From positions 26,867 to 90,866 of the forward strand of contig JBHLLG010000005.1 in the NCBI GenBank assembly GCA_048885925.1: a stretch of DNA of 64,000 bases, read 5' to 3'. This document shows, piece after piece, positions 19,638-29,641 of the stretch. The notes beneath the pieces were generated by a model. It searched no databases and had not been told where the DNA came from. It saw nothing but the letters and a program-made list of their open reading frames with translations. Both the position numbers and the translations under genes were made by a program. Source of the DNA: Candidatus Hermodarchaeota archaeon (GTDB lineage Archaea > Asgardarchaeota > Lokiarchaeia > Sigyniarchaeales > SOKP01). The first letter of the stretch is position 1. The number at the start of each line of letters is the position of its first letter.

Positions 19638-20936
19638 TTATAACTTTATTGAAATAGGGAATTCTTTGATTTCTTCAATTAAGTTTTGGTCAGGATCCTT
19701 AAATCTTGCCTCTATTTTGATAGAATAGTCTTCTGCTTCAATTGGTTTAAGATTGATTTCCCATTTAATATTCTCATTTGGTTTTAGTGAATATATTTGT
19801 TTATTTAATGTTCCTCTCATTACTTTAAGGTTCTCTGGGAATTCAATTTCTATATTAAGATCTAAAGCTTCTCCCTCACTTTTATTCTCTATAAGTATTT
19901 CTAAGGGAAAGGTTTGCCCAATGAGAGGAGGTCTTAAAGTTTTCATTGAAATATCTAATGTTGGAGGAGGAGATATTAGAGTTGGATACATAATTTCAGA
20001 AATTTCGTAGAAAAATTTTAAACTTCCATTTAATTCAGATGTTAAAACAATTGGTCCAATATAGGATTTTTCCATTTGAAAATGAGGTTTAATTAAAAGA
20101 TTTATAAGATAATTTTGACCAGGTTCTATTAAAATAGGTAAACCAGGTTTTTTAGCTGTTGTAAAGTTATCAGAAAGAGTTAATCCAATTTTTGTTATTT
20201 TTAATTCATTTATATTATAATTATAAAACTTATTGTTTGAAATATCTAATAGGTTTTTAGTATTAATATCTAATGTTAAATTTATGGTATCATTAGTTGT
20301 ATAAACGTTTTTATCAAAACTTAATTTAGTATGTAAATTGATAATTGTTTTAGTCAAGACAATTGCCTTTTTTGCTAAACTTATTTCACCCTCATAAAAT
20401 TTAAAACTTTCAAAATCTTTTTCAATCTGTTTTACATAATTCTCGTTCTTATCTTTTGTTGCTATAGTAAAGTTTTTTACTAACCTTATCATTGGATTCT
20501 CTTTAAAATAAGCATCATTAACATAAGTTTTGTATTTTTTTATTAAATCTAAACCTTCTTCTTGTTTTCCTTCTAGAAATAAGCATAAATAAGATAAACT
20601 AGTGAATAAAATATATTGATAACTTCTCTCGGAAGTATTTCTTAAACTGGGGACATAATTTAGTGCATCTTTGAAAAATTCATAAGCTTCTATAAAATTA
20701 TCATTATAGAGAGAAGCAGTTCCTGCATTTCTATAGAATTCTAATCCATTTATGTATTTTTCATCATTCATAGCACATTTTGCGGCATTAAAAAAACATT
20801 CTTTAGCACGGTTATAATCACCTATATTCAAAAAACTTTTTCCAACGGTGTTAAACAATTTTGCTGCTCGTTTTAATTGCATTGCTTTATAAAGTTGCTC
20901 TGCTTTTTTTAGCTGTTTTTCGATATCTTTTCCCAT
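19638..20936 (-). CDS. TPR/SNAP-like helical repeats + C-terminal Ig-like domains
   Basis: AAKLF...AKECFFNAAKCA helical repeats; C-terminal beta-rich LEILIENKSEGEALDL...LKPNENIKWEINLKP. Confidence 0.6.
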   Translation of the reverse strand: MGKDIEKQLKKAEQLYKAMQLKRAAKLFNTVGKSFLNIGDYNRAKECFFNAAKCAMNDEKYINGLEFYRNAGTASLYNDNFIEAYEFFKDALNYVPSLRNTSERSYQYILFTSLSYLCLFLEGKQEEGLDLIKKYKTYVNDAYFKENPMIRLVKNFTIATKDKNENYVKQIEKDFESFKFYEGEISLAKKAIVLTKTIINLHTKLSFDKNVYTTNDTINLTLDINTKNLLDISNNKFYNYNINELKITKIGLTLSDNFTTAKKPGLPILIEPGQNYLINLLIKPHFQMEKSYIGPIVLTSELNGSLKFFYEISEIMYPTLISPPPTLDISMKTLRPPLIGQTFPLEILIENKSEGEALDLNIEIEFPENLKVMRGTLNKQIYSLKPNENIKWEINLKPIEAEDYSIKIEARFKDPDQNLIEEIKEFPISIKL

Positions 20937-21082
20937 CTTAAATTCACATTAATCATAACTAATAATAAAATAAAAAATTAATTTTAAAATAAAAAGTTAA
21001 AAGAAAGATATAAAATTTTTAAATAAATTTAATTATATTTTTAAAAATATAATCATCTAATACCGAAACCTTTGCAAGGTAA

Positions 21083-21119
21083 GTCTCTTTTCAACTAATA
21101 TTTTTTTGAAAAGATCATT
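21083..21119 (-). promoter_or_regulatory. Eukaryote-type SECIS element in the vhuD 3' UTR
   Basis: AUGA-UCUUUUCAA-[AAAAAUAUUAG]-UUGAAAAGA-GA immediately after the stop codon: AUGA/GA core, 9-bp stem, apical A run. Confidence 0.85.
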
Positions 21120-21599
21120 CTATTCGGTTTTTTTCATTTTTAGGTTTTTCGATTCCTTTTCTTCTTTTTTAGAAGTATTCGAATCTTTTAAAGGATTGCT
21201 GCCTAGTTTTTTGATAGTCTCTGATATACGAGTAGCTTCTTCTTGAAACTTTTGTCCTTCAGCAGCACTACAATGAAACATCTGTATTCTTTCTGGTGAG
21301 AGGCCGACTATTTTCAAAATTTCTTTTGCGTAATTAACGTTCCTCTCAGCAACTAAATTACCAGTTTCATAATCACATTCACCTTGGTATCAAGCTCCAA
21401 TAACAACTCCATCAGCACCTTTACCTATCGCTCGCATCATTAAAGATGGAGTCACTCTCCCAGAACAATTAATTCGAACTGGTCTCAATGTGGCAGGATA
21501 TTGCGCTCGAATAGTTCCTGCCATATCACCTGCACCATAACCTCATTTCCAACAAAGGAATGCTAGAATTTTTATATTTCCATTTGTTATTTCTGTCAC
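21120..21599 (-). CDS. vhuD: Hydrogenase delta subunit MvhD/VhuD, selenoprotein (U19, U70), 159 aa
   Basis: GTG start after AGGTGG; FLCWKUGY and GVVIGAUYQGEC with TGA at 21543-21545 and 21390-21392 at conserved Cys sites; INCSGRV, CSAAEG. Confidence 0.92.
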
Positions 21600-21612
21600 T
21601 AATCCCACCTCT

Positions 21613-23592
21613 CTATATTTCTTCTAAAATTGCATCTATTTGTTTTTCATATTGAGGTTCTCTATAATATCGAAGAGTTATAGCTTCTGAAGGACAATTG
21701 GCCAAACATGTTCCGCATCCTCTACATAGGATCTCATTAACTTCAGCACCATCTTCAGCTAATTTTATTGCATTATAAGGACAATTTAATTCACAGAGTC
21801 CACATTTTGCACAACGATCCTTATCAACAGAGGCTCTAATCAGTAGAATTCGATATTTATCTTTAATCATAAGTCTTGCAAGTGAAGAAGCAGCGGCTCG
21901 TCCTTGAGCTATTGATTCTACGATAGATTTTGGACCCTGACTGACGCCTGCAAGAACGATTCCAGGAATTTTTGTGTCGATGGGGTTCAATCGCGCATGA
22001 AATTCTTTAAAAAAGCCATCCTGACTAGTTTCAAGCTTAAGCATTTTTTGAATCGAATGGATACCGATAGCAGGAACCATCGATGCTGAAAGCACAACTA
22101 AATCGTATTCTAGCTCTTTTAATCCACTTGAACCTAATGTATTTTGCATGACTATTCTTAAATTATGAGTTTTTGGATCTTCTTTTATTCTACTAACATT
22201 TGTTCTTATATATTTGATACCCTCCTTCCTTGAGAGTGTGAAATATTCCTCATAGTCTTTCCCAGCAGCTCGCATATCCATATAAGCAACAGTGATATCT
22301 GCCTCTGGATAGTGTTGTTTGATTAACTTACTATTTTTTATAGAGATCATACAACATACACCAGAGCTGCAATAAGTATTCATGTTTAAATCTCTTGAAC
22401 CAACACATTGAATGAATAATATTTTTTTAGGTTCTTTCCCATCAGAAGGTCTTACCAAATGTCCAATTGTGGGGCCGTTGGGAGCTAGCATTCTTTCAAG
22501 TTTTAATTGTGTTATTACATTAGGATATTTTTTATATCCTAAATATCCTGTTGGTGGCTCAAATTCATCCCAACCAGTCGCTACTATAATAGATCCTACC
22601 TGTACTTCTACGATTTCGTCTTGTTGTTCGAAATCAATCGCATTCACTTCACAAGCTGCCTTACATAATTCACATTTAATGCATCTTTCCATGTCAATTT
22701 GGGCTAGTGATGGGACTGCTTGAGCAAATGCTACATAAATCGCTTTTCTGGAATCCATTCCTTCGTTGAATTCATTGTAACCATAAGCTGGACATACTTC
22801 AAAGCATGCTCCACACCCATTACAATCATTTGTTACATACCGTGCTTTTTTCCTTATTTTTACAGTAAAGTTACCAACAAATCCAGTGACTTCTTCAACC
22901 TCACTGTATGTATATAAATTAAGACCTGGCGTTCTTGCTGCTTGTAACATTACGGGTCCTAATATTCATATACTACAATCATCTGTAGGAAAAGTCCTAT
23001 CCAGTTTAGCCATTTTGCCTCCTATAGTTGTACTTTTTTCAACTAAGTAAACTTCAAAACCTTCTTCGGCAAGATCAATCCCTGCAGATAATCCCGCTAC
23101 GCCACCACCAATAATTAAAGCCTTTTTTGTAATATCAACTTCTTTAACTATAATCTTCTCTAACACAGACGCTCTTGCTACTGCAGACCGAATTATATCC
23201 TCAGCAACTTTTTGAGCTCCAATTTTATCTTTTTTATGCACAAAACTAGAATGTTCTCGTATATTAGCAAATTCTAGGTAGGATGAATCAAGACCCATCG
23301 CGTCTAAAACACTTTTAAAGACAGGTTCATGAGTTTTAGGAGTACATGAGCCTACAACCAGTCTATTTGCATTACTTTCAACCATTTTTTCCTTAATGAA
23401 CTCCGCTCCAGGTTCAGTTCAAAGACTTATATAATCTAGTGCTTCAACAACATTGGGAAGACTTTTTGAAAATTCTACTAATGCTTTCGTATCAATTATT
23501 TCAGCGATATTTAAGCCTCATTGACAAATGAACACGGCAATCCTTGGAGTTTCCTCGTCGTATTGAACTGTTTTTTCTTTAGTTTCTACCAT
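21613..23592 (-). CDS. hdrA: Heterodisulfide reductase subunit A, selenoprotein (U25, U58, U209), 659 aa
   Basis: One continuous frame if TGA at 23518-23520 (FICQUG), 23419-23421 (SLUTEPG) and 22966-22968 (FPTDDCSIUIL) is read through; GGGVAG, IQCVGSRD and ferredoxin motifs. Confidence 0.93.
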
Positions 23593-23800
23593 TGCATATT
23601 ACCTTTTACTAAATATTTTTTAATTTCCTCCAAATTAATTATTTTATTTTTATTGCTAATTATAATGTTATATTCTAATCAATTAAATTTAAAACTAAAA
23701 TGTTTCTTATATCTTTTATAATATTATTAATTAAAAATTATTTCAAATTAAAATTATATCTTTATAATTGAAAACCCTTTCTATATTCTGAGTAAAAGTT

Positions 23801-24205
23801 ATGTTATTTCAAATGCCTGATATGCAAGAATTAGGACCAATTATTGCTACAATAGCACTAATACTCTTTGATATATTACTTTTAAAATTAGCTTTACTTA
23901 TAACTAAAGCTCAAGAAAAAAAAAATATGAAATGGGTTGCGATTAGTTTTGGTATTCAATTTGGAGTAATTTTTTTTGTAGGGTCTCCTTTAATAATATA
24001 TGGAATGGTTGGGAGATTTCAAGGAGACCCGGGAATCATAATACCCGTAGTTATATTCTCTGTTTTTATAGATTTAAATGTTATAAATCTGATTCATAAA
24101 ATTGGTTTAAAAAGATCTTTTGTCGTTATGTTTTTTGTCGTAGGACCAATAATAACAGCTCTATATCTTCTTGGTTCCGCTCTAGGAGGAACTTTAATAT
24201 ATTAA
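23801..24205 (+). CDS. Small multi-pass membrane protein
   Basis: About 4 hydrophobic segments. Confidence 0.7.
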   Translation: MLFQMPDMQELGPIIATIALILFDILLLKLALLITKAQEKKNMKWVAISFGIQFGVIFFVGSPLIIYGMVGRFQGDPGIIIPVVIFSVFIDLNVINLIHKIGLKRSFVVMFFVVGPIITALYLLGSALGGTLIY

Positions 24206-25131
24206 TTCATTATTTCTTCATTGATTTTTCTATTCATATCAATTATCTCCTCTCTAGCTGCTTTATCAAAATTTTCCTGGGAAAATTTTTTATTTTTATG
24301 ATAAGCATAAATTATGTTTCTTGAAGAGTTAACAATTCCACCTAATCCATTCTCATAAAATCCATCTTTAATGTCTTTCGCTTGAGCACCTTGGGCACCA
24401 TATCCTGGTATTAAAATAAAAGAATGTTCCACAATTTCTCGAACTTTTTTTAATTCTTGAGGATAAGTTGCCCCAACTACAACACCTAAATTAGTAAAAT
24501 TAGAAAATTGTGCTAAATCAATACTCCAATCACGTATTAGCTCAGCGAGTCGAATATAATTTCTCTTTAAAATCTGATTTTCTACTTTATATTCAATAAT
24601 ATCATTAGAAATCTTATCTAATCTCACACTAAATAAATCTTGAAATTCTGAACTGCTAGGGTTAGATGTTTTTATAAGTATGAAAAGCCCTTTTTCTTTG
24701 TATTCTAAAAAAGGTTTAACTCCATCAAATCCAAAATATGCATTAATGGTACATGCATCTGCATTAAAGTTATTAAATATTGAATAAGCATATGCTTCAG
24801 AAGTAGAACCAATATCATTCCTCTTTGAATCTAAAATAACTAATATCTCATTTTTTTGAGCGTATTTTATTGTCTCTTTTAAAGCATTTAAAGCCTCATA
24901 CTTTTCATAGAAAGCAATCTGAGGTTTTACAACAGGGATTAAATCTTTAGTATTGTCAATTAGGATTTTGTTAAACTCTAAAATAATCTCGTTTGGATTA
25001 TCAAGTTCTTCAATGAGATATTGAGGAATTTCTCCTTCTTTATCCATTCTAGGGTCAAGCCCCATACAGACAACGCTTTTCTTTTCTTTTATTGATTTGA
25101 TTAAATCTTCGATAAAGTTCATAATTAGCAA
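24202..25131 (-). CDS. pyrF: Orotidine 5'-phosphate decarboxylase (subfamily 2)
   Basis: GLDP, KPQIAFYE, DSKRNDIGST, VVGAT, PGYGAQG, NSSR. Confidence 0.95.
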   Translation of the reverse strand: MLIMNFIEDLIKSIKEKKSVVCMGLDPRMDKEGEIPQYLIEELDNPNEIILEFNKILIDNTKDLIPVVKPQIAFYEKYEALNALKETIKYAQKNEILVILDSKRNDIGSTSEAYAYSIFNNFNADACTINAYFGFDGVKPFLEYKEKGLFILIKTSNPSSSEFQDLFSVRLDKISNDIIEYKVENQILKRNYIRLAELIRDWSIDLAQFSNFTNLGVVVGATYPQELKKVREIVEHSFILIPGYGAQGAQAKDIKDGFYENGLGGIVNSSRNIIYAYHKNKKFSQENFDKAAREEIIDMNRKINEEIMN

Positions 25132-25183
25132 AAACTATATTTCTGTTTTTTAATTAATATTAGCAATAAATTTAGTAATTGTT

Positions 25184-26388
25184 GGCAATGAATGATCCAA
25201 ATTTTAGAAATTTTTGGCAATGGACTCATATCCAATTTTACTTTTAATTTGGTTGTTATATGAATAATTTTTTAAGAATTTGAATTTGATGTTTTCTTTT
25301 CTTTAAATTCTTTACTCTCTAACACCTAAAGCAATTGAAGCTCTTCTTTCAGCGTAATTTCCAATTGCACTTATTGTCGCTTGATATTTTCCCTCTCGTT
25401 TTACAGAATCAACTCTAAGTGTGCTTTCACCATTATTCTGAGTTAAATGAAAATTAAATGGAACTTTTTTCCCAATCAATAATTTAAGGACAACGGGTGC
25501 AACCACAAAATGCAGTTCGTAAAAAACAAAAGCAAAAATCAGAGAAATGCTAAAATTCAAAGTTCAAATTTAGACCCTTAACGAGCCACGGAACCCCCTA
25601 ACGCCATAGAAAGAGGGCGCACTGTTATGATAAAAGAAGACATGGCCATAGCGGTAATCAGCAAAGATAGCGCCGCCGAGTTTTCTAATATCAGAAGGAG
25701 TTTTCACCCAGCTCGACGTCTTCATATCGAAATTTCCAAGTTTCTGCAACTCTCGATATTGTTCTTCCGTTAAAAGCTCAATGCCCATGTTAGCTGCCAT
25801 ATCAATAGCGTTACCTTCTGGATGCACCCCTTTCTTTTCCCTCGCCTCCTGGCCTTCGCGGTCGTAACATACATTTCTGCGGCCTTTAGGACTTTCCGCT
25901 GAACAATCATAAAAAATGTATTCCCCCATCTTTTTATCATGACCAACAACATCCGGCTCACCGCCAGTTCTTTCCATTTCATTGAGTGACCACAATTTTT
26001 CAGTATTAGATTCCAGCTTTGCTTGTACTTTAGCCCATTCAAGGGATTTATGGCGATTCATGTTTCTCTCAAAACGGGCTTTCAATACTCTTAGTAGTTC
26101 TTCACGTTGTTCTGGTGACAAATCTTTTTTAAATGCGGTAATTGATGGTTTGCGCATAATCATAGTATTCATCCTGAGTTTAAAAAATTATTTAGGCAGG
26201 AAAGGATTTTTTTTATACGAACTGCGGCGAAAAATTAGAAAACAATCGAAGAAGAATTAATTAGAAGTATCATATGAAATTATATTCATTCGAAAACCAA
26301 TTAATTCCTATTGTCAACATTTTTGAGCAAGATATAAGTTTCTTAAAATATCATTGCCGAAAATTTCTCAAAATATAGATCCATTGCC
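25184..26388. mobile_element. Possible non-autonomous element bounded by imperfect ~38-bp inverted repeats, carrying a DUF4256-like gene
   Basis: Left end ggcaatgaatgatccaaattttagaaatttttggcaatg; right end (reverse complement) ggcaatggatctatattttgagaaattttcggcaatg; the cargo gene is visibly more GC-rich; no transposase or clear TSD. Confidence 0.45.
25570..26172 (-). CDS. DUF4256-like protein, bacterial-type
   Basis: SLNEMERTGGEPDVV, DCSAESPKGRR, KTSSW, RKLGGA, RGFRGSL recognised; atypical GC and codon usage. Confidence 0.8.
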   Translation of the reverse strand: MNTMIMRKPSITAFKKDLSPEQREELLRVLKARFERNMNRHKSLEWAKVQAKLESNTEKLWSLNEMERTGGEPDVVGHDKKMGEYIFYDCSAESPKGRRNVCYDREGQEAREKKGVHPEGNAIDMAANMGIELLTEEQYRELQKLGNFDMKTSSWVKTPSDIRKLGGAIFADYRYGHVFFYHNSAPSFYGVRGFRGSLRV

Positions 26389-26534
26389 CTTTTTATGAAT
26401 GTCAAGAATTTCTAGAATTTTATAAGTAGAGACTATCTACTGATAGATGTGAAAAATAAATATTGCTATTATTTTTCAAAATTTACATTTAATCTTTAAA
26501 TAATAAATCTGATACCATACCATAGAAAATTTTA

Positions 26535-27896
26535 TTAATCAAACTTATTATCACTAAATTCATCCAAAAGAGTGTAAATCTCTTCAATAATATCATTACA
26601 ATCAACAGTTTTTTGTTCTTCAGAAACCATATTCCTAATTGTTACTGTTCTTTCTGCCAACTCCTCCGATCCTATAATCAACACTATATTAACCCCTAAT
26701 TCATTAGCTTTACTTAGTTGATTTTTGAGATTTTTAAATCTATAATCTATTATACAGGGAAAATCTTCATCTCGAATAACCCTTGCAAGTTCAAATGCAT
26801 AGGTTGACATATCTTCATTTATAGATGCTATATATATTGTATCACTATAATCTTTCTCTTTAATTTCTTCTGGAATCAAGTTGTAAGTTTTTAAAAATAG
26901 GGAAAGTGTATAAACTCCCATCCCAAATCCAGTACCAGTGATCTTTTCATCTGAAAATAATGATAAAAGATCGTCATAGCGACCCCCTCCAAATATACTC
27001 CTTATATTTTCTTTTCCAGTATCGAATACCTCATAAATGATTCCAGTATAGTAATCAAGGCCTCTTACCGTTCCAGAAGAAAAAGTGCAATAACTAGAAA
27101 GATTTACTTCATTTAATAATTGGTTGAAATTAACTATTTCGAGATATCCTTCAGATTGGTAAAAATCTTCTGAAATTTTATCAAATTTATTTAATAATTC
27201 CTTAATACTTTTTGCATCTTTAAGTTTTAAAATACTTTGAATGATAAATTCATCTTGAAATGCATCTATAACATACTTTTCAAACTCATTATCTTCCATT
27301 TTGTCTGATTTATCTAATGCTTTAAAAACAGAGGGGATTTTATCTTCACTTAGTTTAAGAATATATTTACAAACTGAATCCATAAATCGTCGACTATTAT
27401 AAAAAATTTGAAACTGTTCAGCAGTGGCTCCAAATTCTGTAAATATATCTACAATTATATTAAAAATTTCAAGATCAGCATAAAGACTTTCTTCACCCAA
27501 TATATCTACATTAGGTTGAAAGAAAGCTCGACGACGACCTCTTTGAGGTCTTTCATATCTAAAGCACATTGGAACAGAAAACCACCGAATAGGTTTTTTT
27601 AATTCTTGACACTTTTTAGCAACCATCCTTGCTAAAGAAGGTGTAAGTTCGGGTATTAAAATTAGTCTCTCTCCTTCCTTTTTCTCAACAATAAATGATT
27701 GTTCATTGACTAATTCATCGGAGGATTTTGCAGCAAATAATTCAACTGGTTCTATGGGTGGAGTTGCATATTCTTCATAACCATATCGTTCTATTACGTC
27801 TTTTATGGTTTCAATTATCCAATTAACTTCACGTAAATCAGCTGGGTAATAATCATCCATTCCTCTAAGTGGTTCTTTAGAAAATTTTTTAGACAT
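26535..27896 (-). CDS. hisS: Histidyl-tRNA synthetase
   Basis: PELTPSLAR, FRYERPQRGR, RGLDYYTG, GGGRYD. Confidence 0.97.
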   Translation of the reverse strand: MSKKFSKEPLRGMDDYYPADLREVNWIIETIKDVIERYGYEEYATPPIEPVELFAAKSSDELVNEQSFIVEKKEGERLILIPELTPSLARMVAKKCQELKKPIRWFSVPMCFRYERPQRGRRRAFFQPNVDILGEESLYADLEIFNIIVDIFTEFGATAEQFQIFYNSRRFMDSVCKYILKLSEDKIPSVFKALDKSDKMEDNEFEKYVIDAFQDEFIIQSILKLKDAKSIKELLNKFDKISEDFYQSEGYLEIVNFNQLLNEVNLSSYCTFSSGTVRGLDYYTGIIYEVFDTGKENIRSIFGGGRYDDLLSLFSDEKITGTGFGMGVYTLSLFLKTYNLIPEEIKEKDYSDTIYIASINEDMSTYAFELARVIRDEDFPCIIDYRFKNLKNQLSKANELGVNIVLIIGSEELAERTVTIRNMVSEEQKTVDCNDIIEEIYTLLDEFSDNKFD

Positions 27897-28056
27897 CTAA
27901 TCACTTGCTTTAGAATATATAAACTATTTTTAGAAAAGAACCTTAACAAATATTTTTTTCGATTTAACAATAAGGTTTTTCTAATTTATTATATGTAAAT
28001 AAATAATATTTGATTTGAATTTAAAGTGATTTAACAAGTTATTTGGAGAGATATAA

Positions 28057-28704
28057 GTGTTAAAGGGGGACATTTATAATGAAATATCTGAGGCTATCGT
28101 AAATCTAGATGAAGAAAAAGCTTTTAAATATGCAAATAAAGCTATTAATGAAAATATGAATTTACTCGATGTTATTGAGAAAGGATATGCTGCTGGGATA
28201 AGGCGTGTTGGAGAATTATGGGAAGAAGGAGAATTTTTCTTACCTGAGTTAATGAAAGGTGCACAAATAATGCAAAATTGTTTAGATCTTCTAATTCCAC
28301 ATCTTCAAAGGGGATCTGGGAAAATTTCACGTGGAACAATTGTAATAGCTACAATTGAGGGAGATATTCATTCAATTGGAAAAACGATTGTTGGTACAAT
28401 GTTAAGAGCTTATGGTTATGATGTTTATGATCTAGGTGCTGATGTTCCTGCTGAAAAAATTGTAGAGGAAGCAATTGAAAAAAGAGCAGATATTATTGGA
28501 GTTTCCGCTCTTTTAACAACTACAATGATTAATCAGAAAAAAATTATTGATCTTTTAAAAGAAAAAAACCTAATGGGTAAATTTAAAGTCATTTTTGGCG
28601 GCGCTCCTGTAACTTCTGCATGGGTAGAAGAATGTAATGCTGATGGTTTTGCTGATAACGCAATCGAAGCTGTTAAACTAGTTAAATCTCTTCTAAAGCA
28701 TTAA
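28057..28704 (+). CDS. Methyltransferase corrinoid protein (MttC/MtbC-like)
   Basis: GDIHSIGK (DxHxxG), SALLTTT, GGAPV. Confidence 0.92.
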   Translation: MLKGDIYNEISEAIVNLDEEKAFKYANKAINENMNLLDVIEKGYAAGIRRVGELWEEGEFFLPELMKGAQIMQNCLDLLIPHLQRGSGKISRGTIVIATIEGDIHSIGKTIVGTMLRAYGYDVYDLGADVPAEKIVEEAIEKRADIIGVSALLTTTMINQKKIIDLLKEKNLMGKFKVIFGGAPVTSAWVEECNADGFADNAIEAVKLVKSLLKH

Positions 28705-28735
28705 AAATTGAATTTTTTAAAGAGGTAAATTACTA

Positions 28736-29614
28736 ATGTTATTTAATGGCTGGTTAAAGGATGATTCTAAGATTATCTTATTTGATGGTGCTATGGGGAC
28801 ACAATTAATTGAAAAAGGATTAACAACAGGTAAAATCCCAGATATCCTGAACGTTGAATATCCAGATGTTATTTCTAGCATTCATAAATCCTATTATGAT
28901 GCGGGTTCAGATATGTGTCAAACGAATACATTTGGCTCAACTCCTTTGAATTTAAAGCGTCATAAGCTTGAAAATCGAATTGGAGAAATTATTGAGAATG
29001 CCTTAAAAAACATAAAAGAAGTTCGCCCTTCTGAATGTTTGATTGTAGGTGATATAGGACCTACAGGTGAATTTAGACCACCCGTTGGAAATGCTTCTAG
29101 TGAAGATTGGTATTCAAGCTTTTTAACCCAAGCAAAATTATTAGAAAAGGGTGTTGATCTTTGGCATATCGAGACAATCTCAGATATAGAAGAGATGCTA
29201 ACAGCAATAAAAGCAGTTCGAGAAGTTTCTAAGAAACCAATGATTGCCTCAATTACATATAAAAGGACTAAAAAGGGTTTCTTCACAATAATGGGAGATT
29301 CACTTGAAAAATGTATAAATATGTTGGATAAAGAAAAAATAGAAGTCATTGGAGCAAATTGTACCTTAGGATCGCATGATATGATTGATTTATTAAAAAG
29401 TGCTATTAATTTAACTAATAAGCCAATTTCTGTAAAGCCTAATGCGGGTCAACCTAAAATAGATGGCAATAAAACATTTTATGAACAACCTGTTGAAGAA
29501 TTTGTCAAAGATATCAAAGAAATGATCGAATTGGGAGCAAAAATAGTTGGGGGTTGTTGTGGTACCTCTCCCATAACTATAAGAAAAATTCGAAATGTAA
29601 TTGATTCTTTCTAA
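28736..29614 (+). CDS. Homocysteine S-methyltransferase (stand-alone MetH N-terminal domain)
   Basis: DGAMGT, TNTFG, GANC, PNAG, GGCCGT. Confidence 0.92.
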   Translation: MLFNGWLKDDSKIILFDGAMGTQLIEKGLTTGKIPDILNVEYPDVISSIHKSYYDAGSDMCQTNTFGSTPLNLKRHKLENRIGEIIENALKNIKEVRPSECLIVGDIGPTGEFRPPVGNASSEDWYSSFLTQAKLLEKGVDLWHIETISDIEEMLTAIKAVREVSKKPMIASITYKRTKKGFFTIMGDSLEKCINMLDKEKIEVIGANCTLGSHDMIDLLKSAINLTNKPISVKPNAGQPKIDGNKTFYEQPVEEFVKDIKEMIELGAKIVGGCCGTSPITIRKIRNVIDSF

Positions 29615-29641
29615 AAATATTAAAATAAGGAGTTTATCTCA

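Noticed and set aside
21032-21057. AUGA followed by a 22-bp palindrome as a second SECIS
   Set aside because: No 3' GA to form the core and no proper apical loop; it is a pure AT palindrome.
24560-24640. Extra residues and a short hairpin in pyrF as an in-frame intron
   Set aside because: Flanks do not form a BHB central helix.
25312-25560. 82-aa ORF as a confident gene
   Set aside because: No motif, TTG start abutting the DUF4256 stop; may be a remnant.
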